Source of the DNA: an uncultured virus (IMG/VR IMGVR_UViG_3300031566_000004)
Taxonomy: Duplodnaviria > Heunggongvirae > Uroviricota > Caudoviricetes
IMG/VR virus record: IMGVR_UViG_3300031566_000004
Length of the DNA: 57,051 nucleotides
Reading direction: 5' to 3' (one strand)
Below, in pieces: positions 19,601 to 28,734 of the stretch (position 1 is the stretch's first letter; every line of letters starts with the position of its first letter). The position numbers and the translations under genes were made by a program. The notes below the pieces were generated by a model. The model searched no databases. It saw nothing but the letters and a program-made list of their open reading frames with translations, and was not told where the DNA came from.

Positions 19601-21643
19601 TCAGGTATTATATTTGGAGGTGACACTTATATCACAAGGTACACTGAAAAGAATACTATGTTCTATTTCTATGAATGGTTAAACGGCCAACCAGATGATT
19701 ACGAGTTTAATTATGATAATTATTTAAATGTACCTAGACCTTTATATTGGGTAGATACGAGAGAGTATGATGCAAGTACATTTTTATCAGGAATACTTAA
19801 AAAGATAGGTAAAAAAGAGGCAACTTCTGACTATGGAATACTACCTAATGATTATCATTACCTAGATAGAAAATTTGAGACTAGTATTATAGAGGGACAA
19901 ATTAAAGACACAGGTGGTGATAATAGTTATCAACGTAGAAGTTTATTTAGAATTATAGATGCTTATTTTTATTTGTTTAATTCTGGTGTCAGAGACTTTT
20001 ATGTAGAATCTGAAGTAAACACAGATTTAAGAGATTGGAATGACACACCTGAAGAAAGACATTATGATCCATATAGGTATACTTCATTAAGAGATTTATT
20101 TAATACTGATATAATTAAATCAGGCAACTTATTTAAATACGATTATAGTTTATCTATATCAAGAAATTTTAGAAATTTATCCTCTTGGGGTAATATGCAG
20201 CTAAGATCTTATGATCCTCAAGTTTCTGAAACATGTTATAGTTATTATCCTAAAAGAGTTATTTATTCTTTACCTCAAAATAAAGAACTTATAGCTGATA
20301 ACTGGAGAGCGTGGTTAGTAAATAACTATAAAGATTTTTCAAGTAGAATAACGACTATTAAACCTATAGGTAGAAACGGAGCTATGATGCTTTTTGAACA
20401 AGAGGCTCCTATAATGATACCAGGTGTAGATGTTCTAGAAACAGATGCTGGTACTAAAATTACTATAGGTGATGGTGGATTATTCTCACAACCATTACAA
20501 AATATAGTAAATACAGATAAGGCTTACGAGTACGGTTCTTGTCAAAATAAAGAAAGTGTAATAAACACACCTTTTGGTTTATTCTATATTAGTTTAAATC
20601 AAGGTAAAATATTTAGATATGCTGGAGGTTTAGATGAGATATCTAGAAATGGAATGCAATGGTGGTTTAGTAATCACTTGCCTTATAAGATATTAGAAGA
20701 TTTTCCAGAATTTGAATTAACAGATAATTCTGTAATAGGTGTAGGTGCTCAATGTATTTATGATAATTCTGATAAGATAATTTATGTTTGTAAAAAAGAT
20801 TATAAATTAAAATCTCCTAAAGAAGCTAATTACAGAACTATAGAATATCTTTATGATAATTGGTTTCAAGTAGATAAAGTTATCAGAGTTAGTTTAGGGG
20901 ACCCTAGATATTTTGATGATGCTTCGTGGACAGTATCATTTGACCCTAAAGCAGGTAACGGTCAAGGTGCGTGGGTATCATTCCATGATTGGCATCCGAC
21001 TATGAATATAGCAAGTAAAACTACATTCATGACTGTTAATAGAAATAGTATCTGGAAGCATAATGATAGATGTGATAGTTTCTGTAATTTTTATGGAGTA
21101 GATTATCCTTTTGAAATAGAGACTATATTTTCTACACAAGATCAAGCTACTGTTTTAAGATCAGCTGAATATACACTTGAGTGCTACAAGATAGCATCAG
21201 ATTGTATAGATTGGCATCATAAGCTAGATGAAAATTTTGATGAAGCAATAATATATAACACAGAACAAATATCTGGTATATTAAGGTTAAACTTAGCACC
21301 TAAAAATGATGTTAACGCTATATTACAATATCCGGCGATCACACCTAACTATATAGATATATTATTTGCTAAAGAAGAAAACAAATACAGATTTAATCAA
21401 TTTTGGGATATAACACTAGACAGAGGAGAATATTCAGGTAATACTAGAATCATGTGGGAAACAGATCCTAATGGTTATACTAAGAATATAAACCCTTTTT
21501 ATATTGACTATAATAAACCAGAATTACAAAGAAAAAAGTTTAGACATTATCTCTCGTCTTTAATTTTAAAGAAAAGAGTATCAGGAGATTCAAAATTTTT
21601 GTTTAAATTGAATAAAGAGAAGCAAGTTATAAGTCCAAGATAA
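16616..21643 (+). CDS. Muzzle / tail stabilisation protein (P22 gp10-like)
   Basis: 1675 aa with GMVKD, NIRHHKFP, FGGDTYI and WVSFHDW motifs typical of crAss-like muzzle proteins; precedes the cargo genes. Confidence 0.8.
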   Translation: MAKKNKSQNLSHEDKRAYNLGMVKDLNASFLPNGSWASARNANNNSQEGDLGVIGNEPSNALCVSINYTIIGKIKLYDDKWLLFSTDNSASEIAIFDESACTYEPIVNDTCLGFKTTHLITGESKENFDCSYQAYWADNLNPDRTLNISNIPYKGQYQPIPSNPSCVEFIEDFPKRLDCEQIRLIPLTKQPCFTVKKATLGGQLFNGSYSVTGAYTLNGQVVSDYFSVSNVQPIFEHENVAGSIDITVNNMEDESYDEFKLVVIAVVNSQTKAYDLGIYSTREKYIYIDYLDQALPSVPLDTIMIRTPNYDRSESIHRNGEYLMRVAPSAKFDFNYQPTANNIVTKWSCVEYPADYYNKGGSNPSFLRDEVYALFIRFVYNTGEKSSSYHIPGRNPNATDTQTINDSNTIEGANTPRWKVYNTATFTLLTPTQVDTNGYEIAEGLMGYWESTEKYQDNKPDVWGNLCGKNIRHHKFPDTTTDGVLSTRCNHFDQQGTPGTPFSTERVIRIMGVKFSNIEYPKDNQGVPIDGIVGYEILRGSREGNKSIIAKGMFNNMIGYVLPEHEDKDNVPANTAQLNADYPKKGLYQNYPFNDLRPDPFIYKKLERLNGRNVPQYAYANNLVNWDYLSFHSPDTQFRNPFLSAQELKLYGALRGTATGRFKEPEGHPMHKIITDFSFIVAAIGGIGIAAAALAPEVRSHYGTNWVSDTKLDSNILGTGGGFAPAFWGMGTGGSIGGWGFAADILSTSGALQIADLISAGFSTTALTTTYDILAILAGITTGSTPEYTLEMTAAGKSGLNPIIRALQYLPAIALYWSQGTDEMLRLIRNLIRFEQYALAYESHCEYDQLIDLGLSGVRRKVKNSRYIKDGFQDYDLKTKINNLYRGHYVCVNTEQSIPSGHPQVNYDNTRNTLGTIRNGADLKGTFGSATVANSPYAPQVSYNEPTKWFNTQSQCYYGALKVFIDNQYGQLNNRIKQIPIGCIQPILNLSTRFESGIIFGGDTYITRYTEKNTMFYFYEWLNGQPDDYEFNYDNYLNVPRPLYWVDTREYDASTFLSGILKKIGKKEATSDYGILPNDYHYLDRKFETSIIEGQIKDTGGDNSYQRRSLFRIIDAYFYLFNSGVRDFYVESEVNTDLRDWNDTPEERHYDPYRYTSLRDLFNTDIIKSGNLFKYDYSLSISRNFRNLSSWGNMQLRSYDPQVSETCYSYYPKRVIYSLPQNKELIADNWRAWLVNNYKDFSSRITTIKPIGRNGAMMLFEQEAPIMIPGVDVLETDAGTKITIGDGGLFSQPLQNIVNTDKAYEYGSCQNKESVINTPFGLFYISLNQGKIFRYAGGLDEISRNGMQWWFSNHLPYKILEDFPEFELTDNSVIGVGAQCIYDNSDKIIYVCKKDYKLKSPKEANYRTIEYLYDNWFQVDKVIRVSLGDPRYFDDASWTVSFDPKAGNGQGAWVSFHDWHPTMNIASKTTFMTVNRNSIWKHNDRCDSFCNFYGVDYPFEIETIFSTQDQATVLRSAEYTLECYKIASDCIDWHHKLDENFDEAIIYNTEQISGILRLNLAPKNDVNAILQYPAITPNYIDILFAKEENKYRFNQFWDITLDRGEYSGNTRIMWETDPNGYTKNINPFYIDYNKPELQRKKFRHYLSSLILKKRVSGDSKFLFKLNKEKQVISPR

Positions 21644-21646
21644 GCT

Positions 21647-24600
21647 ATGAGTTTAAATAAAGGAAAAATAAAAGTTAAGTCAAGTCAGACTAAGCAGTCT
21701 AACCCTTATAGTAAGGATATGATTTATGATCCAAGAGGTCAATGGGCTCATCCTGGTCAGAACACAAGGATTCCTGGAGGAGATATTACCATGCAAGGAG
21801 TTAACTACCCTGTAATGGGTGTTGATAATAATGGGCGATCTATAATCATGATGCCTGGAGGAGAATATAACTTTCCTGGTGCTGATTATGTAGATGAATT
21901 TCCTATGTACCAAGATGGTGGTGTAAAGCAAAGATCAACTACATTTGTACCTTATAGAGAAGGTGACATAGTATTAGATCCTGAAAATGATAATAGACCT
22001 TCTACACATTTAATGGCACGAGAATACATTCCCGGTGAAGGTTGGGTAGCTTTCCCTACATTATTTCAAAATGGTAAGGACGACTGGAAAGAAATTCAAG
22101 ACGTTGGTGAAGCTTATGCTGAAGCTAAAAAAAGAGGAGAAGTAAATTATTTTGGAGAAGACGTTAAAGCTGCTATAAGTTTTGCTGATGATGGTGATTG
22201 GAAGCAAGAGAAAAAATATGGAGGTTTAATTAAATACCAAAATGGAGGAGGCAAACCAAAATTACCTTCTAGAGAAGGATGGGTAGGGAGACCTCAAGAA
22301 CCAATTGCTCATGGTATGATGAAAGAATATATTCCAGGAAAAGGATGGGTAGTATTTCCTACATTATTTCAAGATGAAGATGATAATTGGTCAGAAATTA
22401 GAGAACCTATAGATGCTTATGATGAAGCTTTAAAAAGAAAAGAAGTTCAATATTTTGAAAAAGAAGAAGATGCTAATAACTATTACCAATCAAGCTTGGA
22501 TATCCCTGTAGAAACTAGACGTGCAATGTTTTATGATAACACTTCGCCATTTCTTTATAATATACCTCCTCATATAAAATACGGTACTGAAGCTTTCGAA
22601 GATTACATGACAGAAAGAGATGCGGCAAGAGAAGCTATTCCTTTTACTGATGAGTTTCGTAATTACCAGCTTAACCTTGAATATCCTGAGGTAAAAAATG
22701 AACAAGGTAACATGACCCAGAAGGCGTTAAACTCTTTAAAGAAAGATCATTTAAAGCCTAAAAATGAAAAAGAAGCTTTAAAGCTTATTGCTGATAGAGT
22801 ATATAGTAATCCTTTAGAGAATGATGACTATTATGATTACATGAAAAATTATGCTAATTATGAAAACTTGGATGCTTTAGATGAAGCTAATGAATATAAG
22901 ATAAATAACTATGGAGGTTACAGAGGTATGGGGCCAACATCACCTACAAGACCTATGACTGAAGAAGAGATGGTTCAATATGATAAAGGAAAATACCAAG
23001 ATGGTGGTGCCGCTGGTAGAGAAGTCACACCTGAACAATATTATCAATTTTTAGTAGATACTAGAGGTAATAAACCTAAAGTATTAAACTATAGATCGTC
23101 TGTAGGTGTAGTTAATCCAGAACAAGTTGGTGAAAATAATGCAAATATTTATAATTTTACTAATTCTAAACCAGTAATAAAAGGTGAGTATGGCGTGGGT
23201 CAAGATAGATTTTCTTTTGACTCCGATGATTACTCAGGAGGTTTAGATAGTGAGTATGGTGAAGGCTACAGAGTAGTAAGTGTACCTGTTTCTCAAATGT
23301 CAGATCCTAAGTATGCTGATTACACAAAGCAAATGCAGTCTAATAAATTTGGTAAATATGACGATAACCTAAAAAACTTTAATAAGTTCTTTAAGAAGAA
23401 GATGCAAGATGGTGGAGGTAACACTAATCCTTATATCCCTTATGAAAATATTAACTATAATTCACAGAATAAATATGAAGGTCCTGGACCTATGGAGTTT
23501 TATAATAAACCGGGCGCTACACCTGAAGAAATTAAAATGCAAAACTTCTATGATAATTATTATCCTGAAGGGTTTAATGCAGATCAAGGAATGAGTCAAA
23601 CACAAGACAGCTATAAAATAAGAAGTTTTGAAGTACCTATGCCTGATTTTAAAAAATCTATTCCTGATTTTAAAATAGACACATCTAACATGGATAGACG
23701 TATGTTTAACCAAATGCAGTCTATAGACTTGTCTTCTCCTGAATATATAGAGCAACTTAGAAGAGAAGGTAAATCTGATGAAGAGATAATGTCTATGATG
23801 CAAGATGGTGAAGGTTCTTTACATAAAGCACAGGCCGGCGAACAAGTACCTGGAGTATACGGTGAAGATCCTAATGTATATCAACAAGAAGGTTTAAATA
23901 TACTTGCTTCTAATTTAAACGCACCTTTTGTCAATCAACCAGGATATTATGACTATGCTGACAAGTTTAGTGGTAAAAGAGATTATGATAAAATAATGGA
24001 TGCTCGTGCCTTCGCAACATATAGAAAAAACCCTTATGAAGAAGGAACGCGTGATTTTAGACAACAAGATAGGGAAAATATAAAAAATATTAGAGATGTT
24101 TATATGCAATCTAAAGATCATTACAAACAAGTTAAACGTGGTAATGCTAGACCTATTGCTATGTTTGATGAAGGCGGTTCTTATGATGCTTATCCTGCAG
24201 AACAGTTTAGCCAGATGGATCCTAGTATGCTAATGCAATATGCTAACCTAAGTAAGAAAGATTTTAAAGTAGAACCTAATTATGTTCCTCAAGAAGAGAA
24301 TAAAGATTATACTAAAAATAAAAAGACTAACTTTGCTGAATTACTTAGAAATAACGTTATCAATAGTAAGTTAGAAGAAATGTATTCAGGTCTAAAAGAG
24401 CTAAAAAAGCCTCAGATGTTTCAAACAGGTGGTGCTTATGTAGGAGTCGGAGGACAAGGTATCTCAAGAGATATCTATGCTTCTGATATGAGTATATTAA
24501 AACAACAATTAGAATCTGGTCAAATAACTAGAGAAGAATATGATGCACAGTTAAATAATGTTAATGATCTATATGATGGTAAAGGTGATTGGCAAAATTA

Positions 24601-26242
24601 TCAAGGATTAAATAATAATAATGGATTTAATAATAATAATGCTAATAATCCTAATGGTCTCCAAGAGGATTATAGACAGACTATGAATGTACCAATGTTG
24701 GATGATCCATTAGCTCCAGAACCCTTAGACTATGGTGATCCTCTAGGTGTAGACTATAGTATGTCACAAGACCCTTTAAAAATGCAACAAATTCCTGCAG
24801 GTACAATAGCTAATACACCTAACATAGCTAACACGCCTAGCATAGGAAGTAGTATTAACCCAGATGGTTTAACTAAAATGACACCTAAAAGTGCTGGAGT
24901 AATAGAAAACTCTCCTGGAACTTTAACAGATGCTGGTGTAGATAAGCCATTAGGATCTAGTTTACCTCCTCAAATGGGGGCTAAAAAACCTAAGAATAAT
25001 GCGTGGATAGGTCAAGCTGGGGCATCTGGTGCTTTAGCTGGCTTAAGTATGCTAAACGGTTTTTTAGAAAGTAGAGCTAGAGCTGAAAGAGAAAGAGAAT
25101 TAAGTAAGGACAGGATGGCTGATAGTGTGTTTACAACTAAACCATCAATGTCTGGAGACAGAGGAGACTATGAAATGAACACAGGCTTATTTAGACCTGA
25201 TGATAAAACATATGCTCAAAATAGAAATTATAATAGATATCAAAATGGTGGTGCTATAGAGGAATGGTTTGCTCAAGGAGATAAAATAGATGCTGCTAGA
25301 AACGCACATGCTCAAGAAAATACGAGAGTACAGAACGTTAGAAATGCTATTCCAGAAGAAGCTTATAAGATTGCAGCAATGAATAACCCAAGACAATCTC
25401 TTCCTCCAGCAACAGCAAATTGGGTTGGCCAAAATGGTTTCGCTTGCAACACATACGCTTGTCAAGTAATGCAAAATGCAGGAGCAACAGTCCCTTCTGA
25501 TTCTCCAGACATGACTTTTGGTAGTGTGAAAGTGGGTGCTGGTGACCCTTTGCCAATTGTTACAGGTAATGGTAGCTTTAATAGCCAAGCTAAAAACTTA
25601 GGTTTTGATCTTTTACCTGCAGGTACAATACCTGAGTCAGGAGATCTTATTAGGGGCCATTATAACAATACTTCAGGACGTAGTGGAAGTTATCATGCGG
25701 TTATTGCTGGTGAAGATGGTTCTGTTTCTTATAGTCCTGGTGGAGTGGATGAGTTTAATATGTATTCTGGTAACAGTAATAATCCGTGGGTGGATCCGTC
25801 ACGATATGCTAAAGGTAGTGATAATAGAGTAATGAGGTATGTCGGTGATGTTCCTCGTTTAGAAAATGAATTTGATCAAGCTCAGCAAAGATTTCAACAA
25901 ATGGATGCTCCTCACATGCAAAAAAGAGGAACAGGTCAAGTTGCTGCAAATTTGGAGCCTCATAGATTAGTAAACAATGAAGAAAGATGGATGCGTAATC
26001 TAATTGTTGAACAAGATAAAATTGAGGCTATGGATATTGAAGATAAAAAGAAAGCTAAGCTTCATCAGAAATTACAAAAAGAATATAGTGCTAAGTTAGA
26101 TCAGATGGACGATCCTTCTTTAGCTATGAATAAATTTGGAGGAACTAGCGTTAATTATCAAGAAGGCGGCGAATATGAAATGTCTGATGAAGATATTCAA
26201 TATATTTTAGCTAACGGAGGTACAATAGAATATTTAGATTAA
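21647..26242 (+). CDS. Modular cargo/internal virion protein with repeated (Y/F/M)xxGG motifs and a C-terminal NlpC/P60-CHAP-like domain
   Basis: 1531 aa; about 12 GG motifs, a duplicated domain, a Cys...His papain-like pattern and one hydrophobic helix. Confidence 0.6.
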   Translation: MSLNKGKIKVKSSQTKQSNPYSKDMIYDPRGQWAHPGQNTRIPGGDITMQGVNYPVMGVDNNGRSIIMMPGGEYNFPGADYVDEFPMYQDGGVKQRSTTFVPYREGDIVLDPENDNRPSTHLMAREYIPGEGWVAFPTLFQNGKDDWKEIQDVGEAYAEAKKRGEVNYFGEDVKAAISFADDGDWKQEKKYGGLIKYQNGGGKPKLPSREGWVGRPQEPIAHGMMKEYIPGKGWVVFPTLFQDEDDNWSEIREPIDAYDEALKRKEVQYFEKEEDANNYYQSSLDIPVETRRAMFYDNTSPFLYNIPPHIKYGTEAFEDYMTERDAAREAIPFTDEFRNYQLNLEYPEVKNEQGNMTQKALNSLKKDHLKPKNEKEALKLIADRVYSNPLENDDYYDYMKNYANYENLDALDEANEYKINNYGGYRGMGPTSPTRPMTEEEMVQYDKGKYQDGGAAGREVTPEQYYQFLVDTRGNKPKVLNYRSSVGVVNPEQVGENNANIYNFTNSKPVIKGEYGVGQDRFSFDSDDYSGGLDSEYGEGYRVVSVPVSQMSDPKYADYTKQMQSNKFGKYDDNLKNFNKFFKKKMQDGGGNTNPYIPYENINYNSQNKYEGPGPMEFYNKPGATPEEIKMQNFYDNYYPEGFNADQGMSQTQDSYKIRSFEVPMPDFKKSIPDFKIDTSNMDRRMFNQMQSIDLSSPEYIEQLRREGKSDEEIMSMMQDGEGSLHKAQAGEQVPGVYGEDPNVYQQEGLNILASNLNAPFVNQPGYYDYADKFSGKRDYDKIMDARAFATYRKNPYEEGTRDFRQQDRENIKNIRDVYMQSKDHYKQVKRGNARPIAMFDEGGSYDAYPAEQFSQMDPSMLMQYANLSKKDFKVEPNYVPQEENKDYTKNKKTNFAELLRNNVINSKLEEMYSGLKELKKPQMFQTGGAYVGVGGQGISRDIYASDMSILKQQLESGQITREEYDAQLNNVNDLYDGKGDWQNYQGLNNNNGFNNNNANNPNGLQEDYRQTMNVPMLDDPLAPEPLDYGDPLGVDYSMSQDPLKMQQIPAGTIANTPNIANTPSIGSSINPDGLTKMTPKSAGVIENSPGTLTDAGVDKPLGSSLPPQMGAKKPKNNAWIGQAGASGALAGLSMLNGFLESRARAERERELSKDRMADSVFTTKPSMSGDRGDYEMNTGLFRPDDKTYAQNRNYNRYQNGGAIEEWFAQGDKIDAARNAHAQENTRVQNVRNAIPEEAYKIAAMNNPRQSLPPATANWVGQNGFACNTYACQVMQNAGATVPSDSPDMTFGSVKVGAGDPLPIVTGNGSFNSQAKNLGFDLLPAGTIPESGDLIRGHYNNTSGRSGSYHAVIAGEDGSVSYSPGGVDEFNMYSGNSNNPWVDPSRYAKGSDNRVMRYVGDVPRLENEFDQAQQRFQQMDAPHMQKRGTGQVAANLEPHRLVNNEERWMRNLIVEQDKIEAMDIEDKKKAKLHQKLQKEYSAKLDQMDDPSLAMNKFGGTSVNYQEGGEYEMSDEDIQYILANGGTIEYLD

Positions 26243-26247
26243 ACATT

Positions 26248-28650
26248 ATGAGAAAAGTAAGAATAACAGGATTACCGAAATCTAAAGATGGCGGGTCACA
26301 TTATAACAAATTAGAACCTAGTTATAATAATAATGACGAGTATGTTAATACTCCGGATACTACTGTGTCTAATACACTTAAACCTGTAGATAGAGAGGCA
26401 GCTAATTTAGAAGCTGAAAAAGGAGAATATGTTTACACAAATATGACATCAGACATGTTACCTGAACTATATAAAGTAGGGGGTAAACGTCATAGTCAAG
26501 GTGGGACACCTTTAAATATTCCAGAAGGATCTTTTATATTTTCAGATAATAGAGATATGAAAATAAAAGATAAAGCTATTCTAAAAGAATTTAACATGGG
26601 TGGCACTAAAGGAGTTACACCTGCTAAAATAGCCGCTAAATTTGATATCAACGAATATAAAAATATAATCAATGATATTAAGTCAGACAAAATAACTAAA
26701 GATACGGCCATGAGTATGCTTAAAAATAATACTCAATCTTTAGGTAAACTAGCTCTTGTCCAAGAATCTATAAAAGGTTTCCCAGATGGTATACCTAATG
26801 TATCTATGGAATACTTAGCTTCTATAGGTGTTAACCCTGAAGATATTTTACCACAAATGAGTCAAGAAGCTCCTCAAGAACAAATGATGCGTTATGGTGG
26901 CAATGCTCCATGTTATAAGTGTGGAGGTGCCTCTAAGTATGCTAATGGTGGGGAATTAGACAAATATAAAGATGGTAGAGAAGTTAGCAACCCTGTGTTT
27001 AGTAATGGTAAATATTATTACCAAGAATTATATGATGATCAAGGAAATATTATTAAAGCTAAAGATGAAAATTTAAATGAAAAATATGCTGATCGTGTAG
27101 TATATGATGCAAGTGGTAACCCAATTAAAGCAACAAGCCACCAAACATGGCTTAAAGAAGAAAAATTGAAAGAAGAAAATCTACCGTCTAATTCTAATGA
27201 AAATAAACCTAAAGCAGGTGTTTCTAGTATTAAAAACGGTCTTAACATAATTAAAGAAAGATTTAAAACTGATCCTGAATTTAAAAATTTTGTTATAAAT
27301 AAATTTATAGATATAGTAGATAATGCTGATGATCCTAGAGTAACAGAAGAAGTAAAACAAAAAATATTAAAATATAGTGATGACGAAGTATTAAATTTGT
27401 TTAGTACATACCAAGGTCAAGTAGAGCAGATGATTTCTAACTCAGATATTGCAGGCAGAAATCCTCTAACTAATGAAATGAATAAAGGGTATGATAGAGG
27501 GGCTGTTGGTAAAAATAGAGATTATTATAAAGATTTTGGGGATGCTGCTTTATCTCCTGAAGATGTAGGAGTTGTTCAAGCTTTATATTTAGCATTAAAT
27601 GACGCTTCTGTTGAAAATCCTGATCTTATTAAATATGGTTCTAATAACGATGGTTCTCAATTAATGTTAACACAAACTGGTAATAAAGACCACCAAGCAA
27701 GAAAAGAAGGGCAGCCTATTTCTCCTTTAGACCTACAACCCGGTGATACAACAATGTTTCAAGGATTATATGGCGGGTATCAAGAGCAGGCACCTGAAGA
27801 ACTAGCACCTGAGAAAAAAGCAGGAGCTATTCCGGAAAAACCTTTCAATGAAGCTACTAATGAAGATCCTAATAGATGGTGGATGGAAGACATCATTAAT
27901 ACAGCAGGAGCTGCAGGGGATTATGGTAGAATAAATAAATATTTACCTTGGTCTCCAGGTGTAGATGTAGAAGTTATGGATCCTACTTTTTATGATCCTA
28001 CAAGAGCCTTAGCAGCAAATGCTGAACAAGCTAACATTGCTTCTGATGCATCTGCTATGTTTGCTGGACCACAAGCTTTAGGTTCAAGATTATCTAAAAT
28101 ACAAGGAGACTCTGCAAGAAATGCGGCGAATATCACCGCACAATATGATGAACGTAATGTTGGTGTAGCTAATCAATTTGAGCAAGCTAACAAACAAATG
28201 ATTAATCAATATAATGCTGCTAATGCGCTTAGACTTACTGATCAGTATGATAAGACTACAATAGCTAATCAACAATATGACAATTCTAAAGCTGCTGCTA
28301 GAGAGAAATTAAGACAAAGTTATATAGATGGTTTACATAGAGCCTTTAAAAACCAAATAGTAAATGAGATGTATCCTCAATATGACTTTGATCCATTAAC
28401 TAGAGAATTTGGTAGATCAGGTGATGGTCGTCCTATTACAGGAGATGGTGCTTATAGTGAAAATGATGCTAAAAAAGCATGGGATGAAGCATATCAAAAT
28501 GCATATAAAGATTGGTTTAACAGACACCCTAAGTGGGATGAAAAGAAAATACAAAGTAAAGCAGAGGAGGAAGCTGATGCTTTAACTTCTCCTAAGAATA
28601 CATATAAAGCAAATCAAAACCCACCACTAAGTGCATACGGTTTTAAATAA
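26248..28650 (+). CDS. Cargo/internal virion protein
   Basis: 800 aa; NLEAEKGE...GKRHSQGG...FIFSD domain, further xxGG motifs and an Ala/Asn/Gln-rich helical C-terminus. Confidence 0.6.
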   Translation: MRKVRITGLPKSKDGGSHYNKLEPSYNNNDEYVNTPDTTVSNTLKPVDREAANLEAEKGEYVYTNMTSDMLPELYKVGGKRHSQGGTPLNIPEGSFIFSDNRDMKIKDKAILKEFNMGGTKGVTPAKIAAKFDINEYKNIINDIKSDKITKDTAMSMLKNNTQSLGKLALVQESIKGFPDGIPNVSMEYLASIGVNPEDILPQMSQEAPQEQMMRYGGNAPCYKCGGASKYANGGELDKYKDGREVSNPVFSNGKYYYQELYDDQGNIIKAKDENLNEKYADRVVYDASGNPIKATSHQTWLKEEKLKEENLPSNSNENKPKAGVSSIKNGLNIIKERFKTDPEFKNFVINKFIDIVDNADDPRVTEEVKQKILKYSDDEVLNLFSTYQGQVEQMISNSDIAGRNPLTNEMNKGYDRGAVGKNRDYYKDFGDAALSPEDVGVVQALYLALNDASVENPDLIKYGSNNDGSQLMLTQTGNKDHQARKEGQPISPLDLQPGDTTMFQGLYGGYQEQAPEELAPEKKAGAIPEKPFNEATNEDPNRWWMEDIINTAGAAGDYGRINKYLPWSPGVDVEVMDPTFYDPTRALAANAEQANIASDASAMFAGPQALGSRLSKIQGDSARNAANITAQYDERNVGVANQFEQANKQMINQYNAANALRLTDQYDKTTIANQQYDNSKAAAREKLRQSYIDGLHRAFKNQIVNEMYPQYDFDPLTREFGRSGDGRPITGDGAYSENDAKKAWDEAYQNAYKDWFNRHPKWDEKKIQSKAEEEADALTSPKNTYKANQNPPLSAYGFK

Positions 28651-28669
28651 TAACTTACTTATAAAGTGA

Positions 28670-28722
28670 TAAACTTTAATAGTTTACAATCATACTATTA
28701 TAATTTAGTATATTAGTATTAT
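28670..28722 (+). promoter_or_regulatory. Palindrome TAAACT-N5-AGTTTA plus TTTAGTATATTA promoter motif
   Basis: Same two-part layout as 1627-1676. Confidence 0.55.
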
Positions 28723-28734
28723 AAAAGATATCTT

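Noticed and set aside
24608..24845. AAT-rich runs and IANTPN tandem peptide
   Set aside because: Low-complexity coding sequence with no regular spacer structure.
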